54,276 nucleotides of DNA from Candidatus Flavonifractor merdigallinarum (GCA_019115265.1 DXDX01000218.1:1-54276); one strand, 5' to 3'; shown: positions 40,912-51,399, counted from the stretch's first letter. A program made the numbers and translations. Notes: generated by a model not told the origin, from the letters alone.

Positions 40912-41334
40912 TTACAAAACTGTGGCCACCAAGGAAATCAGGAGAAACAGCACACCCGCCGCCAGACTGGACAGCAGACCACAAAGCCAGTTCTCCTCCC
41001 GGCTCATCTCCCCCTCCGGGTCCACCGGCTCCTCGGTAAAGTCAATCATGTCCTTCGTCCGGTGGCGGCGGTGGGGCTTTCGCTTCCGCTCCTCCATCAT
41101 ATGGTGCACCACCACCCCGTCCAGACGCAGATAGTTCACCCAGGCCATCACCAGCAGCACTATGGCGGCAATCAGCCCCACATCCCGGTAGGTGTGCAGC
41201 AGGCCATTGTTGAAAAAGCGCTCCCAGCACAGCATGGCCGCCAGCGCGGTGAGGCTCTTGCTCAACGTCCGATACAGGATGGGCCGGAGCATCCACGCCC
41301 GGTAGAGGGCTTTGATGGTTCGAAAAATCCCCAT
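40912..41334 (-). CDS. Hypothetical membrane protein (3 TM)
   Basis: AGGAGAG RBS, hydrophobic segments, AWVNYLRLDG. Confidence 0.65.
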   Translation of the reverse strand: MGIFRTIKALYRAWMLRPILYRTLSKSLTALAAMLCWERFFNNGLLHTYRDVGLIAAIVLLVMAWVNYLRLDGVVVHHMMEERKRKPHRRHRTKDMIDFTEEPVDPEGEMSREENWLCGLLSSLAAGVLFLLISLVATVL

Positions 41335-41364
41335 AGTTTGTCTCTCCTGCCAGATAATGTACAG

Positions 41365-41398
41365 AAAAGAAAACCGGCCATCTGGCCGGTTTTCTTTT
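41365..41398 (-). terminator. Terminator of the second Opp operon
   Basis: AAAAGAAAACCGGCCA / TGGCCGGTTTTCTTTT inverted repeat at the oppF stop. Confidence 0.8.
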
Positions 41399-42333
41399 TA
41401 GAGGTTCAAGGTCTTGCGGTATCCGTCCAGCTCCGGCTGATTGCCATAGACAAAGTGTCCGGGCAGAATTTCCTCCCAGACGGGCTTGTCCTTGGAGTAG
41501 TCGTGGACGGAGGGATCGTAGACGATCAGCTTTTTCTTCTTCTCCAGCTCGGGGTCCGGGATGGGCACCGCCGAGAGGAGGGACTGGGTGTAGGGGTGGA
41601 GGGGGTGGAGGAACAGCTCCTCCGCCTCCGCCAGCTCCACAATCCGGCCCTTGTGGATGACCGCGATGCGGTCCGAAATAAAGCGGACCACCGACAGATC
41701 GTGGGCGATGAACAGATAGGTGAGGCCGCGGCTCTTCTTGAGGCGGTTGAGCAGGTTGAGCACCTGGGCCCGGATAGACACATCCAGAGCGGAGATGGGC
41801 TCGTCCGCCACAATGAATTCCGGCTGCATGATGAGCGCCCGGGCGATGCCGATGCGCTGACGCTGGCCGCCGGAGAACTCATGGGGGAAACGGGAGGCAA
41901 ACTCCGGCAGGAGGCCCACTTCCCGCAGCGCCTCCTCCACCTTTCGCTTCCGGTCATCCTCGTCCTTGTAGAGGTGGAAGTTGATGAGGCCCTCGGAGAC
42001 GATATAGTCCACCTTGGCCCGCTCATTCAGGGAGGCCATGGGGTCCTGGAAGATCATTTGACACTTCTGGATGATCTCCCGGTCCAGCTCCTTGGAGATT
42101 TTACCGTTGATGCGCTGGCCCTTGAAGTAGACCTCGCCGGCGGTCACCGGGTTGATGCGGGTGATAGCCCGGCCAATGGTCGTCTTGCCGGAGCCGGACT
42201 CGCCCACCAGGGAGAACGTCTCTCCCCGGTAGATGTCAAAATTGACGTGGTCCACCGCCACAAACTTCTTTCGGCCGCTGCCAAAGGTGACCTGCAAGTC
42301 CTTGAGTTCAATCAGTTTTTCTCTCTCTGGCAC
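41398..42333 (-). CDS. oppF: Oligopeptide ABC ATP-binding subunit (AmiF/OppF type)
   Basis: [26 protein letters not shown]. Confidence 0.92.
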   Translation of the reverse strand: MPEREKLIELKDLQVTFGSGRKKFVAVDHVNFDIYRGETFSLVGESGSGKTTIGRAITRINPVTAGEVYFKGQRINGKISKELDREIIQKCQMIFQDPMASLNERAKVDYIVSEGLINFHLYKDEDDRKRKVEEALREVGLLPEFASRFPHEFSGGQRQRIGIARALIMQPEFIVADEPISALDVSIRAQVLNLLNRLKKSRGLTYLFIAHDLSVVRFISDRIAVIHKGRIVELAEAEELFLHPLHPYTQSLLSAVPIPDPELEKKKKLIVYDPSVHDYSKDKPVWEEILPGHFVYGNQPELDGYRKTLNL

Positions 42334-42339
42334 AGCATG

Positions 42340-43380
42340 TCACCCCTTCATTCTCATATTTTCCCGCAGCTTTCGGATGGTCTCCGGCTGCTCAATCTTG
42401 GGCGCCCGGGGGTCCAGGTACCAGGTCTTGGCCTTGTGGGTCTCGGACAGGGCGAAAAACGGCGGCTCCTCCTCAAAGTCGATGGCCAGCGCCTGCTTGT
42501 TGCGGGGCGCAAAGGCATCGCCCTTGACCTCGTAGAAGAGGTTGGGGGGCGTGCCGTCAATGGTGGGCAGATCCTCTCCCTTCACGCCCAGCTGGGGCAG
42601 CGAGGAGAGGAGGGCCCAGGTATACGGATGCCAAGCATCGTAGAAGATCTCCTCCACCATGCCGTACTCAACAATCTGGCCGGCGTACATCACTGCCACC
42701 CGGTCGGCCACATTGGCCACCACGCCCAGGTCGTGTGTGATGTAAATGACCGTCATGTTGAGGTCCCGCTGGAGCTGGCGGATGAGGTCCAGAATCTGGG
42801 CCTGGATGGTCACGTCCAGCGCGGTGGTGGGCTCGTCACAGATGAGAATCTGGGGGTGGCAGGCCACCGCGATGGCGATCACCACGCGCTGGCGCATACC
42901 GCCGGAGAACTCATGGGGGTACTGGTTGAAGCGGCGCTCCGCGTCGGGAATGCCCACCTTCTCCAGCATCTCCATGGCCTTTTTCTTGGCCTCGGCGCCC
43001 TTGATGCCCTGGTTGAGCTCAATGCTCTCCTGAATCTGCTTACCCACCTTTTTCAGCGGGTTGAGGGAAGTCATGGGGTCCTGCATGACCATGGAGATTT
43101 TCTTACCCCGAATGGTCATCCACTCTTTTTCGGTGCGGTACTTGGCGATGTCCTTTCCCTCAAAGAGAATGGAGCCGTTGGTGATGGTGCCGTTGGCGTC
43201 CAGCATCCCCAAAAACGACTTGGTAAAGACGGACTTGCCGGAGCCGGACTCGCCCACGATGGCCAGTGTCTCCCCCTGGTACAAATCCAGAGAGCACCGG
43301 CGGATGGCCTTCAGGGTTTTCCCCCGGAGGCTGAACTGGATCTCAATATCCTTTGCGGATAAAATCGGTTCTTTTGCCAT
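42340..43380 (-). CDS. oppD: Oligopeptide ABC ATP-binding subunit (AmiE/OppD type)
   Basis: [33 protein letters not shown]. Confidence 0.92.
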   Translation of the reverse strand: MAKEPILSAKDIEIQFSLRGKTLKAIRRCSLDLYQGETLAIVGESGSGKSVFTKSFLGMLDANGTITNGSILFEGKDIAKYRTEKEWMTIRGKKISMVMQDPMTSLNPLKKVGKQIQESIELNQGIKGAEAKKKAMEMLEKVGIPDAERRFNQYPHEFSGGMRQRVVIAIAVACHPQILICDEPTTALDVTIQAQILDLIRQLQRDLNMTVIYITHDLGVVANVADRVAVMYAGQIVEYGMVEEIFYDAWHPYTWALLSSLPQLGVKGEDLPTIDGTPPNLFYEVKGDAFAPRNKQALAIDFEEEPPFFALSETHKAKTWYLDPRAPKIEQPETIRKLRENMRMKG

Positions 43381-43391
43381 ACTGCGCCCCC

Positions 43392-44315
43392 TTAGACATG
43401 GTTCCGCGGGTCAGCCGCATCGGAGAAGGCGTTCCCCACCAGATAGAAGGTGATGGTGATTAGAGACACAATCACTGCGGGGAAGATCAGCAGATACGGA
43501 TAATCCAGGAAGTAGTTACGGGCGTTGCGCAGCAGGATACCCAGCGAAGGCGTGCTGGGATCCAGGCCGAGGCCCAGATAAGACAGGGTGGACTCCAGCG
43601 CGATGGTGGCCGGAATGGAGAGGGCCAGGCGCAGGATCACGATGCTCACCAGATACGGGAAAATGTTCTTGGTCAGCACCCGCCACACCGGCGTACCCAG
43701 GCACCGGGAGGCCAGATTGTACTCCCGGTCCCGGTACATGAGCACCAGATTGCGCACGTTGCGGGCCATCACCAGCCAGCCAATGGCGATCATGGCGGTG
43801 GCCATGATGGTGAAGGACTGGCCCACCACCAGCGCGATGAGGGTCATATAGATGACGGTGGGAACGTTGTAAATGATGTTGTAAATCTCGGTGAGGATAC
43901 GGTCCAGGCTGCGGACATAGCCCCAGATACAGCCAATGACCACACCGATGATACACTCACCGATGGCCACGACCAGAGAGAGCTTGATGGAAATCTGAGC
44001 CGCATACCAAACCTGACACCAGTAATCCCGACCCATGTTGTCGGTGCCGAACCAGAACTCGCCGTTGGGCGAGGTAAAGGCCAGCATCGGGTCGGTCTTG
44101 ATGTCCGTATAGCTGTACTTGCCGATGGCCAGGGCGATAAAGGAGAAGATCACCAGAGCCAGGAACACACACGCCATAATCACCGCGGACTTTTTCTTCA
44201 GAAAGTTCTGAAAGACGCTGCGCCAGTAGGAGTAGTTGGAATACCCCATCCGTTCCGCGTTTTCCGCTGAGTATTCGACAAAGCGAAAGAGATCATTTTG
44301 ACTCTTGTTGGTCAT
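43392..44315 (-). CDS. oppC: Oligopeptide ABC permease (AmiD/OppC type)
   Basis: YSYWRSVF, WFGTDNMGRD, EYNLASRCLGT, DAADPRNH. Confidence 0.92.
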   Translation of the reverse strand: MTNKSQNDLFRFVEYSAENAERMGYSNYSYWRSVFQNFLKKKSAVIMACVFLALVIFSFIALAIGKYSYTDIKTDPMLAFTSPNGEFWFGTDNMGRDYWCQVWYAAQISIKLSLVVAIGECIIGVVIGCIWGYVRSLDRILTEIYNIIYNVPTVIYMTLIALVVGQSFTIMATAMIAIGWLVMARNVRNLVLMYRDREYNLASRCLGTPVWRVLTKNIFPYLVSIVILRLALSIPATIALESTLSYLGLGLDPSTPSLGILLRNARNYFLDYPYLLIFPAVIVSLITITFYLVGNAFSDAADPRNHV

Positions 44316-45262
44316 CTGGTTGCTCCTTTCGCCGCCAGCTTGATCCGGGGATCAAACAGCATCATCAGTACGTCGCCCAAGAACACGCCCAGCACGCCCA
44401 GAGCGGCGTAGATGATCACACAGGTCTGCACCACATTGGTGTCATACCGGGTGATAGCGTCGGTCATCAGCGGTCCCATTCCGGGGACGGAGAAGAACCG
44501 CTCCACCAGCAGGGAGCCGCCGATGGTCAGCAGGAAAGACGTGGGAATATACTGTGCCAGCGGGACAAAGGCGTTTTTCAGCACATGGCGGGTCATAATG
44601 GCCTTGGAGGACATGCCCTTGATGCGGGCCAGCTTGATATAGTCCTTGTTCAGCTCGTCCACCATATACCGGCGGGTCCACAGGGCGTAGTGGGCAATGG
44701 AGGCCAGAGCCAAACAGGTGATGGGGAGAATGCTGGAAGGTCCCGGATTGCGGGTGGAGTAGAGGGACGGCAGTCCCAATACCCGTGCGCCAAACACCAG
44801 CACCAGAGAATAGGATACCAGACTGGGCACCGCGTTGACAAAGACCGTGTAGGCCGTACCCACATGATCCAGCAGGCGGTCCTTGTGCCGGGACTGCAAG
44901 ACACCCAGCAGAACGCCCACCACCAGCGAGATGACCAGCGCGGTAACGCCCAGGCGCATGGAGACCTCAAACTTCTCCGCAATGACCTTCAGGACGGGAA
45001 CGCCGGTCTGAATCCGCCGGGAGGTGCCAAAGTCCAGCCGGATGAGATCACCGTAGAACCGGAGCAGCTGGACCCCAATGGGGTCCAGCAGGCCGGCGGC
45101 TTTCAGCTGGTCGTTTTTCTGCTCCTCGGTGAGCTTCATCACCTGATCTTCCGTGAAGTAGTAGTCGGTGGGAAGCATCCGCATGAGCAAAAACACGATA
45201 GTGGCTACTGCCAATACGGTGATTAAAGATTGTAACAGTCTTTTAATCGTGTATTTTACCAT
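44312..45262 (-). CDS. oppB: Oligopeptide ABC permease (AmiC/OppB type)
   Basis: WTRRYMVDE..DYIKLARIKG, ERFFSVPGMG, DPRI. Confidence 0.92.
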   Translation of the reverse strand: MVKYTIKRLLQSLITVLAVATIVFLLMRMLPTDYYFTEDQVMKLTEEQKNDQLKAAGLLDPIGVQLLRFYGDLIRLDFGTSRRIQTGVPVLKVIAEKFEVSMRLGVTALVISLVVGVLLGVLQSRHKDRLLDHVGTAYTVFVNAVPSLVSYSLVLVFGARVLGLPSLYSTRNPGPSSILPITCLALASIAHYALWTRRYMVDELNKDYIKLARIKGMSSKAIMTRHVLKNAFVPLAQYIPTSFLLTIGGSLLVERFFSVPGMGPLMTDAITRYDTNVVQTCVIIYAALGVLGVFLGDVLMMLFDPRIKLAAKGATR

Positions 45263-45272
45263 AGTTTACCTA

Positions 45273-47201
45273 TTACGCATTGGCACCGGAGGCAAAGCCC
45301 TCATACTGCTCGGTGGTGTAAGGAGTGGTCGAAGTCTCCCAGTTCTTGTAGGTGTAGTTCTGGGCGCCGTACATGGCGTTCATCTTGGTGTAGTCGTTGA
45401 TCTTGGACAGCTGCCAGAACACCTCGTACTGGGCGGGGATGACCAGAGCGTGCTGGAGCATGAACACCTCAGCGTCCACATAGGCCTGATAGCGCTCGTC
45501 GGTGTTCTCATAGATCTGGCTGGCCTTCAGGCCCAGCTCGGTGAACTCCTTGTAGGTGGCGATGAGGTCGGGATCGGTGGCCTTGTTGATGTTGGAGTAG
45601 TTCATGGAGTAGTAGGCGCTGTCGACGCCGTACAGCTCCTGGCCGATGAAGTTCTCAGGATCGCCGTAGTCGGCGCCCCAGCCGCTGATGATGAAGCTGT
45701 GCAGACTGGGAGCGACCACTTCCTGGTTCTGGCTGGAGACATAGGTCTTGACGTTCAGGGTGACATAGTTGTCGCCGATGGCCTCAAAGGCCTCCTTCAG
45801 CACGGTAGCGCTGTCCACAGCGGCCTGGTTGCCGGAGAGGATATAGTAGTCGATCTCCACGGGGAAGGTCACGCCCTTGGCGGTGAGCTCCTCAATGGCC
45901 TTGTCGCGGTACTCCGCGGCCTTGGTGGTGTCCAGACGCTGGGAAGTGGTGCCCTCGTTCTTGGTGGAATAGCCCAGCTGCTCCACCACCTTATCCACAT
46001 AGTCGGTGCCGTCGGAGAAGTAGAGCAGGCCCTTCATGGTGTAGGCCAGGTTCTCACAGTGGGTGGGGTAGATGAAGTTGGTGCGGGACCAATAGCCGGT
46101 CAGATCCAGACCATAGTACAGGGACTGGCGGAAGTTCTCGTTGGCCACGGCGGTGTTCCAGTTGGTGTCGGGGGTGCCGTCCTCGTTGTTCTTGGCGTAG
46201 TTGAGGTGAATCTGGTAGGAGTACTTCGTGGGCAGCTTCTCCACCAGCTGGTCGTGATACTGGTTGTTCTCGTCGTCCCAGATGGTACGCAGAGTGGCCT
46301 CGCTCAGATCGCAGTGGTCCACCTCGCCAGTCTGGTACAGCTGGTCGTCGGTGTTGGTATCGGCGATCATGCGGACGGTCACGGTGTCAAACAGGGAGGC
46401 CTCCTTATCCCAGTAGGCGGGATTCTTGGTCAGAACCTTCTCGTTGTTCTGAATGTAGGAGGTGATGGTGTAGGCACCGTTGTACCACATGGTCTGGTTG
46501 TTCATACCGACCATGTTCTCCACGCCCTTCTCCTCGATCTCGGCAGCGGAGACGGGGTAGAGGCAGGCGCTGGTGCACAGAGTGTCGAAGTAGGGAGCAT
46601 TCTTGGTGCAGTGGTAGATGAGGGTGGTCTCATCGGGAGCCTCGATGCCCACCAGCTCCACAAACTTCTCGTTGGTGGCGTCCAGAGCCATGGCCTCCTC
46701 GGCGCTGAGGTTCTTGGTGTAGTCATAGTACTCCTGGGCGCCCTTGATCAGAGCAGTGGGCATGGAGGTGTTGTTGGCGCTGTTCTTGTGGAAGTTCAGC
46801 ACCCACTCCAGAGCGGTCACCCAGTCCTGAGAGGTACAGTCGGCTTTGTACTCGCCGTTGACGTCCACCCAGGTCACGTCGTCGCGGAGCTTGAAGGTCC
46901 AGGTCAGGCCGCCGTCGTCAGTTCCCCACTCAGTGGCGATAGCGGGCACGAGCTTACCCTGATGGTCCACTTCCAGCAGGGCGGAGTAGGCATTACACAG
47001 CACATTCAGGTCCTTGGCCTGCTCGGTGTTCAGGATAAAGAAATTTTCCAGCTCACGGACACCGGATGCCTCCCAGGTGACCAGGTCCTTGATGGGCTCA
47101 CCTTCCCCACCGCCGCTGGAAGACGGCTTGGAGCCGCCGCAGGCGGTGAGCACCATTGCAGTTGCAAGGGACAATGCCCAAATGCGCAGCCTTCTCTTCA
47201 T
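45273..47201 (-). CDS. oppA: Oligopeptide-binding lipoprotein (AmiA/AliA-like)
   Basis: Lipobox LTAC, WTFKLRDDVTW, YNGAY, NENFRQS, GWGADYGDP. Confidence 0.9.
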   Translation of the reverse strand: MKRRLRIWALSLATAMVLTACGGSKPSSSGGGEGEPIKDLVTWEASGVRELENFFILNTEQAKDLNVLCNAYSALLEVDHQGKLVPAIATEWGTDDGGLTWTFKLRDDVTWVDVNGEYKADCTSQDWVTALEWVLNFHKNSANNTSMPTALIKGAQEYYDYTKNLSAEEAMALDATNEKFVELVGIEAPDETTLIYHCTKNAPYFDTLCTSACLYPVSAAEIEEKGVENMVGMNNQTMWYNGAYTITSYIQNNEKVLTKNPAYWDKEASLFDTVTVRMIADTNTDDQLYQTGEVDHCDLSEATLRTIWDDENNQYHDQLVEKLPTKYSYQIHLNYAKNNEDGTPDTNWNTAVANENFRQSLYYGLDLTGYWSRTNFIYPTHCENLAYTMKGLLYFSDGTDYVDKVVEQLGYSTKNEGTTSQRLDTTKAAEYRDKAIEELTAKGVTFPVEIDYYILSGNQAAVDSATVLKEAFEAIGDNYVTLNVKTYVSSQNQEVVAPSLHSFIISGWGADYGDPENFIGQELYGVDSAYYSMNYSNINKATDPDLIATYKEFTELGLKASQIYENTDERYQAYVDAEVFMLQHALVIPAQYEVFWQLSKINDYTKMNAMYGAQNYTYKNWETSTTPYTTEQYEGFASGANA

Positions 47202-47653
47202 ACAAAATAACCTCTCTTCTTTGATTCGAAATTGATCAACAATGTCCGCGTGGAAAATACTGTTGATTTTTCGTATTTTACCATGTATCTGTTTTTGTTG
47301 TCAACCTTCTATTGTCAATCTTCCTATCTGGACCCGTACCGTCATTATACAGTTTGTACAAAACATACACCTCTTTTTTCCTGTTTCTTTCCTCATACGA
47401 AAGAGACAGCCGAGACATGTTTTTTTCGCGATCCGTTCCTCTTCCGTTTACTTGTCTCAGTATGCCCGGAAAACGGGGAAAAATCACCCGTTTTTTCCAT
47501 GAGACATTTCCAAGCTGTGCCGCTGGCACTCGGAATTCAACAAATTCCATTGTACCTGTGGAAAATGGATGGAAAAGAATTGAAAAGCATGTTATAATAA
47601 AATTCCTCTTCTATAAAAAATTGGTACATATTTTTCTTGAAAGTGGTGTAAAA

Positions 47654-48202
47654 ATGGGACTCTTTTTAAGCATTTTATTGATTCCCGGACAGACCGAGCA
47701 GACCGTGGCCCCTGTACTGAAGCGCCTGGGCGCTGCTCACCCGGACTGGGATCTGAACCTGAACGAATGCGCCTATCAGGCCGCGGAACGGGGGCTCACC
47801 GTACAGCTGAATGACCACTGTGCCGGCTATGAGGAGATCCCCCAGACGCTCTCCCAAGCACTGGACACTACCGCGCTGCTGTGCTACATTTATGACGATG
47901 ATTTTTGGGGCTATTTTCTTTACCAAAATGGGCAGGAGCTGGACGTGTTTCAGGCCATGCCCGACTACTTTGAAGAGCCCTCTCCCCAGAAGAGAGCCCG
48001 CCTGGCGGGGAACAGCGCGGTGCTGTCTAAGGCGTTTGGGGTGGATGCGTCCCGGGTGGAACAGTACCTCCAGACGTGGACAGAGGAGATTGTGGAAAGC
48101 GAGGAGGAACAGCGGGCCTATCCAGAGGATGAGGCCTGTATCGGGGACTGCTGGCAGATGACGGACTTTATGGCGGCCCTTGGATATCCATACACCTGGT
48201 AA
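47654..48202 (+). CDS. Hypothetical acidic protein, immunity-protein-like
   Basis: ATG 47654 downstream of TGGAAA-17-TATAAT (47570-47598); IYDDDFWGYFLYQNGQELDVF motif; the upstream ORF extension is AT-rich intergenic sequence. Confidence 0.65.
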   Translation: MGLFLSILLIPGQTEQTVAPVLKRLGAAHPDWDLNLNECAYQAAERGLTVQLNDHCAGYEEIPQTLSQALDTTALLCYIYDDDFWGYFLYQNGQELDVFQAMPDYFEEPSPQKRARLAGNSAVLSKAFGVDASRVEQYLQTWTEEIVESEEEQRAYPEDEACIGDCWQMTDFMAALGYPYTW

Positions 48203-48256
48203 TCGGAGCGGCCTCATTTTCCAGTACAAACATCGGGCGGAGAGGAGTTCAGTCCT

Positions 48257-49210
48257 GTGGAAACTTTTTTCATCCTGTTGGAAATACTTAGTCCCCTGCT
48301 CTGGGCGATTGGCCTTGGTCTGGCTGTGGGTCTGACGCTGCGGGCCCTGATTCTGCACATACAGCGGCCGCGGGAGGCGCGGGGAAACCCGCGTCCCTGC
48401 CTCTCCCCCACCCTCCAGTGGATGAACACGGCCGGGGCCATTCTGCTGGCCGCCAACCGGGGCCAATTCCGCTTGATGGCCGGGTGTATCTATCCCGGCC
48501 TGGAGTGGCGGCATGTGAATTCTACCCAGAAAATGCTTTTGGAATGGTGGGACATTCGGGACCACAGCAGCGCATTACATGAGATGAACGATGTGCTCCA
48601 CATAGGTACCCACGCCCGCTACCGGGCGGAAATGGAGGAGCTGTCGGCGCGCTACGGCAATGCATCCGAGATGGAGCTCATTGAGATCGCCAAACAGACC
48701 AACCCCAAGGCGGACGAGGACAGCTTCCTCCCCAGAATGCTCCTGGCCTACCGGCGATATGGGGAAAACGCCCTGCTGGGCTGGGATGTGGGACGGGTCT
48801 GCTATATCATGCAATGCTGTTATGTGGCGGGCTATGTCTCTATGGAGGAAGTATTGGATCTGGGCGTGGAGGCGGGACGGAAAGCCCAGGCATTTTTTCA
48901 CAACTGGGAAGAGATGATGGAGAGCTATCTGCTGGGCGGCCAGTACTGGAAGCGGGAGGACGCGGGGGACCGCAACTCCATGACCGCCAAGCGCTTCCGG
49001 CTCTATGAGCGGCTCTGGAAGGGAAAGCGGCCCTACAAGTCCATCCCCTTTTCCACTGTGCCCTTTGATACGCCCCTCTCCAAAGAGGTACTCACCGACC
49101 AGTACGGCATTCTGCCGGAGTTTCAAAAGGAATTTGAATCCGCTGTCCAATGGGGCTACCGCCAAAGGGATAAACAGAAGCAATCGCCAAGAGGAGGAAC
49201 CGTGGAATGA
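48257..49210 (+). CDS. DUF1266-domain protein with N-terminal TM helix
   Basis: LEWWDIRD, GWDVGR, YVAGYVS.EE, FHNWEEM.ESYLLG..YW; GTG after GAGGAG. Confidence 0.78.
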   Translation: METFFILLEILSPLLWAIGLGLAVGLTLRALILHIQRPREARGNPRPCLSPTLQWMNTAGAILLAANRGQFRLMAGCIYPGLEWRHVNSTQKMLLEWWDIRDHSSALHEMNDVLHIGTHARYRAEMEELSARYGNASEMELIEIAKQTNPKADEDSFLPRMLLAYRRYGENALLGWDVGRVCYIMQCCYVAGYVSMEEVLDLGVEAGRKAQAFFHNWEEMMESYLLGGQYWKREDAGDRNSMTAKRFRLYERLWKGKRPYKSIPFSTVPFDTPLSKEVLTDQYGILPEFQKEFESAVQWGYRQRDKQKQSPRGGTVE

Positions 49211-49893
49211 TATGGGCACTGGGCGGCGTGGCCGTCATCTTGTTTCTTTGCATCTTTTTCTACAATCGCATACATAAACTTGCAGTCAAAGTGGCGGAAA
49301 GCAGCGCCGGAATTGATGTTGCGCTGGAGAAACGGTACGATTTGCTCTCTGAAGAGCTGGAGGCGGTGCAGCGCTTTTTGAAGCACGAGTACGAGACCTA
49401 TACGTCAGTGGTGGACCGGCGCAGCGGAACCGAGACCGAGCAGCAGCGCCTGGAGGCCCAGACCCATCTGAGCCGGGAGGCGCTTTCAACGCTGGACAAG
49501 GCCATCCAGGAGCAGTCCGCCCGAATGGAACAGATTGGCCGGCAGGTTTCTGACCTTCCCCCAACCCCCTCCTCCCTCACCGAAAAGGTGCAGCTGCTCT
49601 CCTCTATCCAGCACAGCCTGGGCTCGGTGCGCTCCTCCATTGACGCTCTGTCCGAGCAGTACCCCGCGCTCTACTCCTGCGTCTCCATGGAGCACTTCCA
49701 GCAGGACATCTTCCACACGGAGGAGCACTTGCAGGCGGCCCGGCGGCTATATAATGCCAATGTCTCCGCCTACAACCAGGCGCTGGTCACCATTCCCTAC
49801 CTGTTTTTTGCCAAGCTGTGCGGCATGAAGCCGGCGGCGTTCTTCCAGGTGGAGGAGGAAAAGAAGAACTTCCAGGTCACCTTCCGCTCATAA
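49207..49893 (+). CDS. lemA: LemA family protein with internal insertion
   Basis: N-terminal TM, YN, IDVALEKRYDL, EQYPAL, ARRLYNANV.AYN, IP..FFA; ATGA overlap with the upstream gene. Confidence 0.82.
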   Translation: MIWALGGVAVILFLCIFFYNRIHKLAVKVAESSAGIDVALEKRYDLLSEELEAVQRFLKHEYETYTSVVDRRSGTETEQQRLEAQTHLSREALSTLDKAIQEQSARMEQIGRQVSDLPPTPSSLTEKVQLLSSIQHSLGSVRSSIDALSEQYPALYSCVSMEHFQQDIFHTEEHLQAARRLYNANVSAYNQALVTIPYLFFAKLCGMKPAAFFQVEEEKKNFQVTFRS

Positions 49894-49908
49894 GAGGAGT
49901 TGTCACAG

Positions 49909-50910
49909 ATGGACTTGCTGTTACAAAATATCAGCACTGTCAAGCTGGAAAAGATGCGCCAAAAAATAGTGAAGGTGCACAAACGGCTTTTCCGCCTTCC
50001 GGTGATCGTCTTTGCTCTTCTGATGGTGTGGACAGTGGTAATCAACTGGATTTCGCTGAGCGCTCTGTTCAGCGGCAACTGGACGGGGGGTGCCCGAATG
50101 GGCGCCATCTTGTATCTGATAGGACAAGTGATGATGAATCTGACGGTGTCCTGTGTGGTGTTTCTATTCTACTATATCCTGGTCTGGCACAGGCAGTACC
50201 AGCACTTCAACTTCACTTTTAAGAACAAATATGTCCTCCAGACCCTGTTGGAGCTCCCCGGCTTTGCCGACCTGCGCTATGAGAGCGCCAAGGCCCAGTT
50301 CTCCTTTGATGAGATTCAGGCGATCCACCTCATTCCCCCAGGCGAGAAAGGCTTTTTCCAGTCCACCGACCAGCTCTCCGGCACCCTGGATCAGGTCCGG
50401 TTCTGCGCTGGGAATGTGGTTACGGAGGAACGGTCCGTCTTTCAAGGACGGCGCACCCTCCCGGATACACGTTTTTCCGGTCAAGTCATCGCCTTTTCCC
50501 AGTTTGACAACCGGAAAATCAGTGATGGCTGCTTGCAGATTCTCCCCAAACAGGCCCTTAAATACATGAAGAAACAGACCGCCCCCTATCCTGTGGAGAC
50601 GGAATCTGTGGCCTTTCACCAGAAATTCGCCGTATTCGCAGAGGACCCCCACAACGCCTTTTACATCCTGACCCCTCAGGTGATGGAACAGATTCTGGCC
50701 TTTGCGGAGTTCGCCCAGGAGCCGGTCTATCTGGTCTTTTGTGGAAGCTCTCTCCATGTGGCCATCCAGCAATTCCGCAATCCCTTCGGGGCACTCGTTG
50801 ACATACCGGTGGAGGAACAGCGGAAGCGCATCGTCCAGGACAGCGAGCTGATGCGCCGAGCACGGGATATTTTAATCCAAATCCCCCGGGAAAGCAATTC
50901 CGCTGAGTAA
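49909..50910 (+). CDS. DUF3137-like membrane protein
   Basis: Two TM helices, D.L.G, FSG.V, ETES.AF.QKFAVFAED...AFYILTPQVME; downstream of lemA. Confidence 0.75.
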   Translation: MDLLLQNISTVKLEKMRQKIVKVHKRLFRLPVIVFALLMVWTVVINWISLSALFSGNWTGGARMGAILYLIGQVMMNLTVSCVVFLFYYILVWHRQYQHFNFTFKNKYVLQTLLELPGFADLRYESAKAQFSFDEIQAIHLIPPGEKGFFQSTDQLSGTLDQVRFCAGNVVTEERSVFQGRRTLPDTRFSGQVIAFSQFDNRKISDGCLQILPKQALKYMKKQTAPYPVETESVAFHQKFAVFAEDPHNAFYILTPQVMEQILAFAEFAQEPVYLVFCGSSLHVAIQQFRNPFGALVDIPVEEQRKRIVQDSELMRRARDILIQIPRESNSAE

Positions 50911-50931
50911 TTTTACAGGGAGGAAATACAA

Positions 50932-51378
50932 ATGGACTTCGAATATTTGCCGAAACAGGACGCCATCCCGCCCTTTGATCCCCACGCCATTGCGGTAAAA
51001 TACCTGGAGTACGATTGCAGCTATGGCGAGGAGGAGATCACCGAGGAGCTCATTGCCCAGCTGCTCCGAGAGATTCCATCCGGGATTGAACTGACGCTGT
51101 ATCTGGACCCGGACGGCGAGGATGACATGATGGAAGTGCTGTGCGACGGAACCTGGCTGGCGCTGGGATTTTCCCACGATTTTGGACAGGAAAATTTCTA
51201 CTGCTGCAATCCCGCCTTTGCCGGCAGCCCGGAGCGCTCCCCCCTGCTCAGCGGTGGGCAGAGTCCGGTTCTCAAAGAGAACGCCATACAGGACCTGGAG
51301 GCGGGTGTCCGGGCGGTGGAGTATTTCATCCGCACCGGGCAGTTGTATCCGGGAATTGACTGGGTGAAACAGCTCTAA
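50932..51378 (+). CDS. Imm1-like immunity protein
   Basis: Small acidic protein ending AVEYFIRTGQLYPGIDW, resembling the Imm1 C-terminal motif; GGAGG RBS. Confidence 0.6.
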   Translation: MDFEYLPKQDAIPPFDPHAIAVKYLEYDCSYGEEEITEELIAQLLREIPSGIELTLYLDPDGEDDMMEVLCDGTWLALGFSHDFGQENFYCCNPAFAGSPERSPLLSGGQSPVLKENAIQDLEAGVRAVEYFIRTGQLYPGIDWVKQL

Positions 51379-51399
51379 CTTATATTCCATTTTTTGGAC

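Noticed and set aside
47232-47653. Small ORFs and the N-terminal extension of ORF 47312 in the divergent intergenic region
   Set aside because: AT-rich promoter region with atypical codon use; the better start is ATG 47654 downstream of a -10/-35 pair
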